Source: Candidatus Poribacteria bacterium (lineage in GTDB: Bacteria > Poribacteria > WGA-4E > UBA9662). Taken from it: 64,000 nucleotides of DNA. Both the position numbers and the translations under genes were made by a program. The first letter of the stretch is position 1. The number at the start of each line of letters is the position of its first letter. The notes beneath the pieces are model-generated. The model saw only the letters and a program-made list of their open reading frames with translations, made no database searches and was not told the DNA's origin. Positions 40,601 to 50,065 of this stretch are shown here, in pieces. The stretch spans positions 76,779 through 140,778 of the forward strand of contig JAYZAL010000047.1 of NCBI GenBank assembly GCA_036339735.1, read 5' to 3'.

Positions 40601-42186
40601 GCTTCCCAGTCAGGATAATCCTCCTCGCGCCAGGCTTGGGCTATTTCTACGATCGTCTTTGGGCGTCGATCTCGAAGAATCGACCATAATAAGTCAAATC
40701 TGTTTTCGATCTGGTCATCGTCGATGTTAGGGGTCAGATCGATAGAATTAGCTGTGTCGAAAATATCCCATAGAATACTGGCTACTGCCCCCTCAACTAA
40801 TGCTCCGTTCGAATTAGATCCATTGCCATCATGTGCTCCAGACCACCACCGGTTATTTTCTAGATTAGGATCTCGACCATTCAGAAAACCGGTCACATTG
40901 AGAGCTCGGTCATCGATGGCTGCTTCTAGGAATTCGGCCCAGCCTTCACTCAGAGCAAACTCGGCATCAGTTACCATTTCTAAGCGATGAAATTCTCGGT
41001 ACTCGCCGCGTGGTATATCACTGAAATCGTAGTTATAAACTGCTGACATTAGAGCGTGTCCATACTCGTGGTACATCACATTTTTCCTCCATTGGTCTGC
41101 TCCAGCAGCAATATGAATCGATTCGCTGCTGATGCGACCGAAAAATTGTGTTGTGTAATAGTAGGAACCATCAGTTGATTCTGGCCAAATCACCGAAATA
41201 GATTTTGTACGCCGAGTATTCACTTGATTTACTAAAAAATCATGTGCTTTCTGTATAGTTTCGAAGATATATCCTACTCCACGGTTGGGATTGGTCTCAT
41301 CCAAAATCAGATCTCGCTGAATATGTCCAGCTTCGACATTTCGAACCAGATCGGACGTAAAAGTGTAGACTTCACGGCTTGGGCTGGCAACAACCAAAAT
41401 ATCATTTTCCATTTCGATTGAGACTTGAAGAACATTGGTTATCTGCGGTTGAAGGCTTACTTCCTCAAATAGGTATTGGCCATCCAAGTCAGAGAACGTC
41501 TGGTCGAGTAGTACGTCTGATTGAAATAACTTCACCTTAGCTCGAACAAGTGGTCGTATTTGACGGAAGTTATCGTTGTAATAGTTAATGGTTCCGCCTA
41601 GGCTGAGGCCTCCAAATGCCGCTAAGTTCACACGCCCACCGACTTGGAGTTGTTGATTCTGTTGTTGACTTACTAAAGGACGTCGTGCTATCTCGGCCTG
41701 GCTAGGTGTGGTTTGAAGATACAAGTAGAAGTGTTCAGCCTTCTGGCCATCAGTTTCAGTGTATTGGAAGGATGCTTGAAGTGGGTAGTGGCCAGCATGA
41801 TCAACACGGATGACAACCTGATATTGTTGTTGCCCGTAGGCAGGAAGATAAGTTTGGTCAAAACTCGCCTGAGATAGAGTCGTAATTCCTTTTGGTAATC
41901 GGAACTTGATTTGTCCTCGTAATGCTACGTTGGATCTAGAAGAAAAGTGGAACGTCAAAGTGCCACTTTGACCGACACGCAGAGATGAGCTCAATTCCAA
42001 CTGCCCTTCTACCAAGGATTGGACAGACCTATTTCCGTGTGATTCCACAGGCATTACCCATGTAAGCAAACAAAAAAGTGATAGCCAATACCCAGACAGA
42101 CTACTTAAAATTAGCTTGGGCTTTTTGCTTAATTGGGTTGAGTATCGATGAGGTTTCGTAAAATAAGTATGGCTAATAGATCCCAT
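37693..42186 (-). CDS. Large secreted multidomain zinc metalloprotease with Ig-like, DUF2927-like and T9SS-like C-terminal domains
   Basis: HEYGH plus ALSEGWAEF (gluzincin pattern), 'GWNLISIP/GWNLVG...GKGYW' repeats, and a CTD LRQNYPNPFNPETWIPF...ASGVYFY...KMVILK. Confidence 0.8.
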   Translation of the reverse strand: MGSISHTYFTKPHRYSTQLSKKPKLILSSLSGYWLSLFCLLTWVMPVESHGNRSVQSLVEGQLELSSSLRVGQSGTLTFHFSSRSNVALRGQIKFRLPKGITTLSQASFDQTYLPAYGQQQYQVVIRVDHAGHYPLQASFQYTETDGQKAEHFYLYLQTTPSQAEIARRPLVSQQQNQQLQVGGRVNLAAFGGLSLGGTINYYNDNFRQIRPLVRAKVKLFQSDVLLDQTFSDLDGQYLFEEVSLQPQITNVLQVSIEMENDILVVASPSREVYTFTSDLVRNVEAGHIQRDLILDETNPNRGVGYIFETIQKAHDFLVNQVNTRRTKSISVIWPESTDGSYYYTTQFFGRISSESIHIAAGADQWRKNVMYHEYGHALMSAVYNYDFSDIPRGEYREFHRLEMVTDAEFALSEGWAEFLEAAIDDRALNVTGFLNGRDPNLENNRWWSGAHDGNGSNSNGALVEGAVASILWDIFDTANSIDLTPNIDDDQIENRFDLLWSILRDRRPKTIVEIAQAWREEDYPDWEALQDIYANHRTLSQPNQAPTFTFVSPAEVDVLAGQIYQINWIANDPDGDDYQVDLYYYPSGQNHSTQPKLISKQVKDKSYLWNTTNISNGRYYLLAIVTDSKGESVQVSSRSTVIIDQTPIQPPEVTSPTHPQSQIGVANNSPIFHLSILPIDSINESKSVYSYLLDRQPNTIPDTEADLQVTNHQLKFYGLEPGKWWLHVRGYDPLGYWSQTQHFAITILPSNDEEDINPSVIDYLIELTLSESTENRLKKWASEIRIQPHGFVRNNDLSVLNDTIDLLNSLMDTVQIRLTDQAPNFNIYFYPSIMLGFLESNYKLGSPSFLSIRWQKDQIIESKILIDSFSNSQTQRAHLIRKRVVQGLGLIMDGQSYPDSIFYQGRNSVAELAPIDQQVISVLYDNQIKSGMTTQKLKDLVQNPKKIPIWKAEITVESLSATMNSRQLFFGVSEEATDGFDSGIDQLEIPPKTQSLWNSYLIGNQSDTDPLVADFRSPFDTATYRIRVQSYGQNFRMKWNMSAIPAEFDCVSIQVISPPSSMVYDMRQRQEFTLKPETDQDYVFEITVGTYHIFTLDLLSGWNLISIPGIPKTAEISAVFAQHSSLVPPFYGWDSAQYNYRPTTELVVGQGYWILSTAPNTIQLEIPLIETESYQRSISTGWNLVGAPNQSVDFTNMTNVSDGSSVADSTIPSILRNSLYNWQPDVYAYDLSSWLEPGKGYWVLSMGECQLQVNANTIEKSSSAAPLFSISTPQPNFQLPLTVTVEGQPTQLAIGWGELADPDLDVYDRVIPPNSPIANQPSAYLLQPNSSIRLQTDIRPNLEDARWQLITSSESYLTIEAGHIPTGYKFLLQGKAFTIGQQFHLADRRVSLSLKRDLPITTTLRQNYPNPFNPETWIPFDLAEEADVSLNIYNSEGLLIRDINLGLKPAGSYRDKTLAMYWDGKNQQGEPVASGVYFYRIRAGDYSQIRKMVILK

Positions 42187-42722
42187 CTTTTTACTTCCTA
42201 ATCTCTTTTCATAATTTGATCAACGGACTCAAACGAATTAGTTTTACCTTTGGCTAGAATCAGGTTAGGCTCCTAAATTCGGTTACGAGATAACACAGGA
42301 CGGTGTATAATCATTTAGTCTTAAGTATTAATGACGTGGTAGTTGGAATTTTAGAGTTCGCCCTACTATGCTGGGCACTCATAACGGTCTCTGTTAGTTA
42401 ACAGCTTTTCGGTAGATAGTATTACCGTTAACTAACAGTTACAAGTTTACTGATATGATTTGAATTAACAAATTACTTTTGTTATCGGCCTGTTGATTGG
42501 ACGCTGTTATAAATCGAGGAATAGTTGTCTTTTCAACGTTTATCATAGAATATGTTCTGAAGGTTGAACCCAAAAACCATTTGAGTTAGTCTGAATTATC
42601 AATTAAAATGAACAGACTTGCTCTTTTTGAAAAAAACTGATTGCTACTTTGTTTTTTAGAAATCAAGATTTTTTGATCTGAAAAATTAGTTAGAGCCTAC
42701 CTAGATCAAAAATTGGAATAGA

Positions 42723-44705
42723 TTGGTGTCCCAGTCAGAAAGTATTAAATCAATTATTAACTTAGGCGTTGAGCAGTATAATTCTGGGGATTTTCCTGCA
42801 GCTATTGAGACTTACCAGAGTGGGTTAGTTCTGGAAGAGAATAACCCTTTGTTGTACTACAACTTAGGCCTTGTTTTCCAAAAGATAGGACAGTTGAAGC
42901 ATGCCATATCCGCCTATCAAAAAAGCTTGGAATTAAAAGCTGATAATGCTCAAGCTTACAATAATATCGGTGTTATTTGGGTAGAAGAAGGAAAATTTGA
43001 TCTAGCCTTATCAACCTTTAGGCAAGCGGTACTGATCGATAACAATTATATTGAAGTCTATAACAATATAGGTCAGGTTCTGGAAAAGACAGCACGTGTA
43101 GAACAGGCTATTATCATATATAAAAGAGCTTTGGACATCAATATAGGGCATGCTCCTACTCATAATCATCTTGGTCTAGCTTATCACAAGACAGGTCAGT
43201 TTGATCTTGCCATTGACAGTTTTCGTCAAGCCATAATTATTTGGCCCGAATATGCCGGGGCATATTCGAATTTGGGCGTTTCTCTGAAGGAACAAGAAAA
43301 TTTGGAAGAAGCTCTCGAATGTTATGAAAAAGCACTCCAACTTGAGCCGAATCAACCAGAAGCAAATAGCAATAAAGGTAAATTATTACTAGAAATCGGG
43401 GAAACAGATTCTGCTTTATACTTTTATGATAAAGCTACCCATTTTGCGCCGAATGATCATACCATTCGTAGTAATATGCTATTTGCTAGTCTTCATTCAT
43501 CAGAAATTACTCCCCAAACCTTAGCTGAACGCCACCAAAAATGGGGGAAAATCTACCCACCAAGTACTACGGCAGGTAGTACTCGGTTTATGGACCGAGA
43601 CACATTGAACATCGGTTATGTCTCACCCGATTTTCGTCAGCATGCCTGGGCCAGTTTCATCGAGCCTATACTCGCTAACCATAACTTGGATAATCGTAAT
43701 AAATTCGATGTTTTTTGTTATTCACAAGTCAATCATAAAGACAATATTACCAGTCATTTCCAGTCTATGGCTGATCATTGGAGGGATATTTCGCATTTGT
43801 CAGATCAACAAGCTGCAGATATGATCGTGGAAGACAAAATTGATATTCTGGTTGACTTAAGTGGACATGCTGCGGACAATCGACTTCGAATGTTCAATTT
43901 GAAACCTGCGCCTATTCAGGCAATATTGGGACACTACCAGTCTACCACAGGCCTGAAAACGATGGACTATAGACTTACTGATTGTTGGATCGACCCGCCA
44001 GATACTGCAAATTTATACGATGAGAAACTTATATATCTGGATTATGGTACACTTTGCTACGACCCACCCGATTTGGCTCCTCCTATCCAACCTCCACCAT
44101 CAGAACAGAATGGATATATCACCTTCTGCTCCTTCAATCGATTGACCAAGGTCAATTGTCAAGTGATCGCATTGTGGGCTCAAGTCCTAAAAGCTGTACC
44201 TGATTCGATGCTTATGCTGAAAGATCGCTGGTTTTCCCAGAAGTTTGTGCGAAATAAATTTTATGATTCTTTTTTATCACATGGAATTGAACCTGATAGA
44301 CTTAATCTAATCTCGACCGTTGAAAGCTATCAGGATCATCTTGATTTGTACAATCAGGCCGATATTGCACTCGATCCATTTCCTTGCAACGGTCAGACAA
44401 CTAGCTGTGAAGGACTCTGGATGGGGTTACCAGTTTTAACCTGGTCTGGTAATCGATGTTCACAAAGGTTTGGTAATTCTTTATTATCTCGACTAGAACT
44501 TAGGGAACTAATCGCCACGGATAAAAGTGAATACGTAGTCAAGGCCACAAGTGTTGCTAAAAATCGAGAGATGCGAAATTTTTTGAGGGCTGATCTAAGA
44601 CAACAAATGAGGCAGAAGATTTGCGATGGATCGACTTTTGTTCAACAACTAGAAAATAGCTACCGGAAGATGGCCTCTGCCCATCTCCAAAGCATTAAAT
44701 CTTGA
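42723..44705 (+). CDS. TPR-containing SPINDLY-family protein O-glycosyltransferase (GT41)
   Basis: About seven N-terminal TPRs, then IGYVSPDFRQH, DILVDLSGH, APIQ, FNRLTK and DIALDPFPCNGQTTSCEGLWMGLPV. Confidence 0.92.
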   Translation: MVSQSESIKSIINLGVEQYNSGDFPAAIETYQSGLVLEENNPLLYYNLGLVFQKIGQLKHAISAYQKSLELKADNAQAYNNIGVIWVEEGKFDLALSTFRQAVLIDNNYIEVYNNIGQVLEKTARVEQAIIIYKRALDINIGHAPTHNHLGLAYHKTGQFDLAIDSFRQAIIIWPEYAGAYSNLGVSLKEQENLEEALECYEKALQLEPNQPEANSNKGKLLLEIGETDSALYFYDKATHFAPNDHTIRSNMLFASLHSSEITPQTLAERHQKWGKIYPPSTTAGSTRFMDRDTLNIGYVSPDFRQHAWASFIEPILANHNLDNRNKFDVFCYSQVNHKDNITSHFQSMADHWRDISHLSDQQAADMIVEDKIDILVDLSGHAADNRLRMFNLKPAPIQAILGHYQSTTGLKTMDYRLTDCWIDPPDTANLYDEKLIYLDYGTLCYDPPDLAPPIQPPPSEQNGYITFCSFNRLTKVNCQVIALWAQVLKAVPDSMLMLKDRWFSQKFVRNKFYDSFLSHGIEPDRLNLISTVESYQDHLDLYNQADIALDPFPCNGQTTSCEGLWMGLPVLTWSGNRCSQRFGNSLLSRLELRELIATDKSEYVVKATSVAKNREMRNFLRADLRQQMRQKICDGSTFVQQLENSYRKMASAHLQSIKS

Positions 44706-44725
44706 AACATAAAAACGAGGTCAAA

Positions 44726-45766
44726 ATGAAAGCGGCGCTTTTTTATGGTGGTAATGATATTCGTTTAGAGACCGTACCAATTCCTGAGCCCGAAAGAGGC
44801 CATGTTCAAGTTCGTGTTCAAGCAACCGGTATCTGCGGTGGGGACATTGCTGGTTATAAGGCCCAGCCAGCGCGACCTCATTCTGCGCGTATGGCAGGAC
44901 ATGAACCAACTGGTATCATTTCTGCATTAGGGGAAGGAGTTAGTAAATTTGAGGTAGGAGACCGAGTTGCAATTGAACCAACGGTACCTTGTAATGAATG
45001 CCCGCAATGCATGAATGGCAATTACAACATATGTTCAAAATTGCAACATGTTGGTGGAATGAAAAGAGGAGGAGGTTTTGCGGAATATATGACGACACCC
45101 GTAGATAACGCTTACTTTCTTCCTCCCAACGTTTCGTTTGAAGCCGGTGCACTAGTTGAGGTATATGCAGTTGCAGTCCACGCTCTGACCCGAACTCCTG
45201 TTCAGCCTGGAGACAAAGTCGCAGTGATCGGTAGTGGACCAGTTGGTATGACCATTGCTCAGATGGCAGACGTAGCTGGAGCTCAGTCAGTAATTATACT
45301 AGGCAAACCGGATCAACCGCTCAAAATTGCCCAAGAGATGATGTCTTGTCAAACAATTAATGTTGACCAAGAAGATCCTGTGCAAACTGTTAAAAAATTA
45401 ACTGGTGGAACTGGAGCAACCGTCGTATTTGAGGCTGTTGGTGGACGAGCGAATACCCTCGAGCAAGCGACAGAAATTGCAGCTAAACGGGGGCGCATTT
45501 GCATGGTAGGAGGGCATTCAGCGCCGCTGTCATTCCACGAAGGTCACGCCCGCAGTAAAGAACTAACCATTTCTTGGTCGTTCTGCTATGGTCGTCGTGA
45601 TGGAGAAAAAGAGTTCCAATTGGCCATTGACTTACTAGCAACTGGAAAGTTGAATCCAGATCCTCTTATTACTCATCAATACCCATTGGATAATGTCCTA
45701 CAGGCATTCGAGGCTGCTGCTGGGCGAGAAGTCTATGGCTCCATTAAGGTATTAGTATTACCTTAG
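44726..45766 (+). CDS. Zinc-dependent alcohol/polyol dehydrogenase
   Basis: Motifs GICGGD, GHE, the structural Zn site CNECPQCMNGNYNIC, and GSGPVG. Confidence 0.93.
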   Translation: MKAALFYGGNDIRLETVPIPEPERGHVQVRVQATGICGGDIAGYKAQPARPHSARMAGHEPTGIISALGEGVSKFEVGDRVAIEPTVPCNECPQCMNGNYNICSKLQHVGGMKRGGGFAEYMTTPVDNAYFLPPNVSFEAGALVEVYAVAVHALTRTPVQPGDKVAVIGSGPVGMTIAQMADVAGAQSVIILGKPDQPLKIAQEMMSCQTINVDQEDPVQTVKKLTGGTGATVVFEAVGGRANTLEQATEIAAKRGRICMVGGHSAPLSFHEGHARSKELTISWSFCYGRRDGEKEFQLAIDLLATGKLNPDPLITHQYPLDNVLQAFEAAAGREVYGSIKVLVLP

Positions 45767-46119
45767 CGCATCAAAATTGACCGCGGGATAAAATATTGAT
45801 GTAAAATTTTAACAAAACTTAGCATCAATTTGAATTAGATGTAGTAGAAGGCAATTTGGATCACCTTATTCTTACGGATAGGTGTATGGCTACACTTCCA
45901 CTTATTTGCGAACTTTGATGGGGATGGAGATTGATTCCTCGGTTTATGAATTTGGACAGGATTCTAACCTTTGTCTAGTTGACAGCTCACTATATCCTTC
46001 CAATATGTGTCTAACCTAATGTACTATGCTAAATGATACTATCGGCCGATAGTTTGTTTTCACATAGTAATTAAAGTATTATAGATCCGATAATAAAAAA
46101 CTTAATCAAAATCAAAACA

Positions 46120-48852
46120 ATGTCAGAAAAGCTAAGCAACCAAATCTCTATAGATGACCGATTAGTCGAATTCACAGAAGGTGAGACACTTTATCAAATC
46201 GCCCAAAGATGTCCAACGAATGACCCATGTAGTCATCCAATTCCGACATTGTGTTACGATGATCGCTTAGACCCAGTCGGTAGTTGTCGACTGTGTGTGG
46301 TGGAAGTCGATGGTTTTCGAAACCCAGTTGCTTCCTGCACAACCAAAGCCTCACCAGGTATGGTAGTTCAAACTCAGACTGATCAGATAGAAAAATATCG
46401 CCAAACTCTTCTGGAAATGGTGGCTTCTGAAAATCGACAGATTGAAGTTGATCCCTTACGAGGCTACGCTTCACAGGAATTGAGTTCACTTATAGAACAA
46501 TATGAAGTGAGAACCGATCGATTTTCTGGTCATCAATCAGGAAACAGTCATCAGACTGATGATAACCCATTCATTCTACGAGATTATGACTTGTGTATTT
46601 CTTGCTATCGATGTGTCCGTGTTTGCGCTGAACAAGAAGGTGATTATGCCATTAACATTATGAATCGCGGGTTTGAGTCACAAATCACTACTGAATTTAA
46701 TACAATTCTAAAAGACTCAGCATGTACCTTCTGCGGTCAGTGCGTACAAACTTGCCCGACCGGTGCCTTAGCCGACAAAAAAGCATTGAGAGCGGTCAAC
46801 GATGATAGTGAGTTGGAAAAGACCCGGTCTGTTTGTTCATATTGTGGAGTTGGTTGTTCAGTAGACTTAGTCACCAAATCAGATAGAGTTGTTGCTATCC
46901 AACCAGCTATGGATGGCCCCGCCAATCAGGGGGCTTTGTGTGTTAAGGGGCAATTTGCGTTTGATTTTGTTCATCACCCAGACCGACTTAAGGTGCCACT
47001 GGTTCGTAATAAAAATGGTCTTTTAGAAGAGAGCAGCTGGGAGTTCGCTTTGGATCGAGCAGCAGCGGGCTTCCAAAAAGCCAAAGACTCTCACGGACGA
47101 CATAGTGTCTATGGTGTCGCTTCGGGTCGAGCACCAATAGAAGCCGCCTATATGATGCAAAAATTTATTCGCGCTGGCTTCGGAACGAATTATATTGATA
47201 ATTGTAGTCGTGCCTGACATGCACCAACTGTCGCCGGTCTGGCGGCAACAATTGGTCGCGGTGCCATGTCAAACCCACTGGCTGACATGCAAAAACCAGA
47301 AGTCATTTTTTGTATCGGAACCAACATGACTGAATGTCATCCGGTTGCAGCTACAGGTATTAAAAAAGCTATTGCAAAAGGTAGTAAATTGATCGTTGCA
47401 GATCCACGGCGAATTGGGTTAGCTGATTTATCACATCTGTATTTGCCGCTTCGTGTTGGCTCAGATGTAGCATTATTACTAGCGATGGCACATGTTATTC
47501 AAAGGGAAGGTTTAGCTAATAATGACTTCATTGAAACACGAACCAAGGGAATCCAAGATTTTTTAAATCATATCGAGGATTTTACACCAGAATGGGCTGC
47601 GACTATCACTGGTTTGAATCCAAAAGATATCGAAACTGCCGCAATTTTATATGCTTCTGCTAATCGCTCTGCAATCTACTATACACTCGGTATTACTGAA
47701 CATATCTGTGGAGTTGATAATGTCCAGAGTTTGTCAAATTTGGCTCTGATGACTGGACACATAGGAAAAGAAGGTACTGGACTCAACCCAATGCGTGGCC
47801 AAAACAATATTCAGGGTGCTGGTGATAGTGGTGCTTTACCCAATAATTATCCCGGTTTTCAATCTGTTTTGGTTCCCGAACATCAAGCTAAATTTGAAAA
47901 ACAGTATGGACGTAAGATAGATCTGGAAAAGGGCATCACAAAGGTGACGGCCTTGAATCAGTGCGGAAACCAAATTCGAGCCATGCTGATCAATGGCGAA
48001 AACACACTGATATCGGACCCTGATCGGCATCATTGCCAACACGCTTTGGAAAGTTTGGACCATTTGGTAGTAATCGATATATTTTTGACTGAGACGGCTG
48101 AATTAGCAGATGTGGTTCTTCCAGCTACTGCTTTCGCTGAAACTGATGGGACAGCTACCAACACGGAACGTCGTGTACAACGTTTGCGAGCGGCGGTTTC
48201 TCCACCTGGAAAGGCAAAACCAGATTGGTGGATTATAGCCCAAATGGCCCAAAGACTGGGTCTGTCTAATTTCGACTATCAGCATCCAAAAGCTATTTTC
48301 AACGAACTGTGTCGTTTGTCCCCAGTCTACGCTGGGCTAAATTGGGAGCGTATTGAGGATGGTCAATATCAATGGCCAGTTCCTGAGGTCGGCCATCCAG
48401 GAACACCAGTTTTGCACCAAGACGAGTTCGTGAATGGACGTGGTGTTTTTAAGATCACCAGTTATCGGGATCCTCACGAGACTATCAGCAACGAATATCC
48501 TATTTGGCTAACAACCGGTCGCCGTCTGACCTCCTATCACACACGTACTCAAACTGGCCGTTCCGCCGGAATTGATTATTTATTAGCCGAAGAGGCTCTC
48601 GAAGTCAATCCCAATGATATGCAAGAGTGGGGGTTAACCGAAGGCGAATGGTATAACCTTTCCAGTTCAAAAGGTAGAGTCAAAATCCGAGTTCGCGCAA
48701 CGGAAAAATCACCACCAGGTACTGTATTTGCGAGTTTTAGTTTTAGTGATGTACCAATTAACGTCCTGACCGGTGGAGGCTACGACCCAATTACCGAAAC
48801 AGCAGAGCTGAAAGTTTGCCCAGTTAAAATTGAACCTATTTACAATAAATAA
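46120..48852 (+). CDS. fdhF: Selenocysteine-containing formate dehydrogenase alpha subunit (910 aa; UGA at 47215-47217 read as Sec)
   Basis: ORFs 46120-47217 and 47266-48852 are in the same frame. Readthrough gives NCSRA-U-HAPTVAGL, the FdhF active site. Also 2Fe-2S and 2x4Fe-4S motifs, CSYCGVGC, RGQNNIQG and a molybdopterin-dinucleotide C-domain. Confidence 0.95.
47229..47247 (+). promoter_or_regulatory. Bacterial SECIS element
   Basis: Hairpin TGTCGCC-GGTCT-GGCGGCA after an 11-nt spacer from the UGA. The apical GGUCU resembles the E. coli fdhF SECIS. Confidence 0.85.
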
Positions 48853-49182
48853 ATTGAGAATTGCTGAGATCTAAATTCGAAAAATATCTATCTTTATTAG
48901 GGTTTAGAAACTTGATCTCGGTAAATTTGTGGCGTGTTATGTATTGTCAGTCAGAATGACCAATTGTTACTTAATACAGAAACAGTTGACAACAGTTGTG
49001 TGTATTCTGGCGGACTGCTATACGAAGTAAACCATCGAACTACTAAAGTTTTAGCTCGTGGTGTATTTTTGCTTAGTCAGCCAATATGATCTTTTTTAAT
49101 TCTAATTTTGGGTTTTGGTTCAACCTTGAACCGTATACTGCCTTTCCGATATTATACTCGCATCTTTTTAAGGTTATAGGCA

Positions 49183-50049
49183 ATGCGTCAGGCCAATCAA
49201 ATCAAGCGAAAAATCTGGTCAATTAGATCTGAAGGCGGATTTTATCAATCAGAAACTAGACTAGATTCGATTGCCATTGAAGAACCGTTAGAAATTCGAT
49301 TAAAATCGGGAAATGAAGTCCGAACTGTTGCGATTACGATGCGGACACCAGGCCATGACTACGAACTGACAACGGGTTTTTTACTGAGTGAAGGTATTCT
49401 TCGGCACCGACAAGACTTTTCCGATATGCGCTATTGCCTGGATCAATCTGATACTGTTACGCAGGAATACAACCAACTAATGATTACCCTCCGTAATGGT
49501 GACCTTAGCAAACTACCACAACTGGACAGGCATTTTTTCACTAATAGCGCTTGTGGCGTTTGTGGCCGTACAATGATCGAAGATCTACAACATCGGTCTG
49601 AGCCCTTGCCCAATGATGTTGAATCCACATTAGCCATTTCATCTGATACCATACGATCCTTACCGGTTTCACTACGATCATCTCAAAAAATCTTCGACCG
49701 TACAGGAGGACTGCATGCTGCAGCCCTTTTTTCTGCAAATGGTGAAGTCGTAACAGTTCGGGAAGACATAGGCAGACACAATGCTCTGGATAAATTGCTT
49801 GGTTGGGGGTTTCTGAACGATCAACTACCTTTCAATAATCATATCTTGTTAGTTAGCGGTCGGGCTAGCTTTGAATTATTACAAAAATGTGCCGTTGCCA
49901 AAATCCCGATCTTTTGTGCTATTTCTGCTCCCAGCAGTTTAGCTGTTTCACTAGCTCAACAATTTGGGATTACCTTGATTGGTTTTCTGAGAAACGAAAG
50001 ATATAACATTTATACTTATCCTGAACGCATCACCAACACTAAGTCATAA
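49183..50049 (+). CDS. fdhD: Formate dehydrogenase accessory sulfurtransferase FdhD
   Basis: Motifs EEPLEI, TMRTPG, SACGVCG, TGGLHAAA, REDIGRHNALDK and SGRASFEL. Confidence 0.96.
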   Translation: MRQANQIKRKIWSIRSEGGFYQSETRLDSIAIEEPLEIRLKSGNEVRTVAITMRTPGHDYELTTGFLLSEGILRHRQDFSDMRYCLDQSDTVTQEYNQLMITLRNGDLSKLPQLDRHFFTNSACGVCGRTMIEDLQHRSEPLPNDVESTLAISSDTIRSLPVSLRSSQKIFDRTGGLHAAALFSANGEVVTVREDIGRHNALDKLLGWGFLNDQLPFNNHILLVSGRASFELLQKCAVAKIPIFCAISAPSSLAVSLAQQFGITLIGFLRNERYNIYTYPERITNTKS

Positions 50050-50065
50050 AACCAGAGGAAAAAAT

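Noticed and set aside
46120-48852. Split gene or nonsense pseudogene of formate dehydrogenase
   Set aside because: The stop is UGA at the catalytic Sec position with a SECIS, and both parts are in frame.
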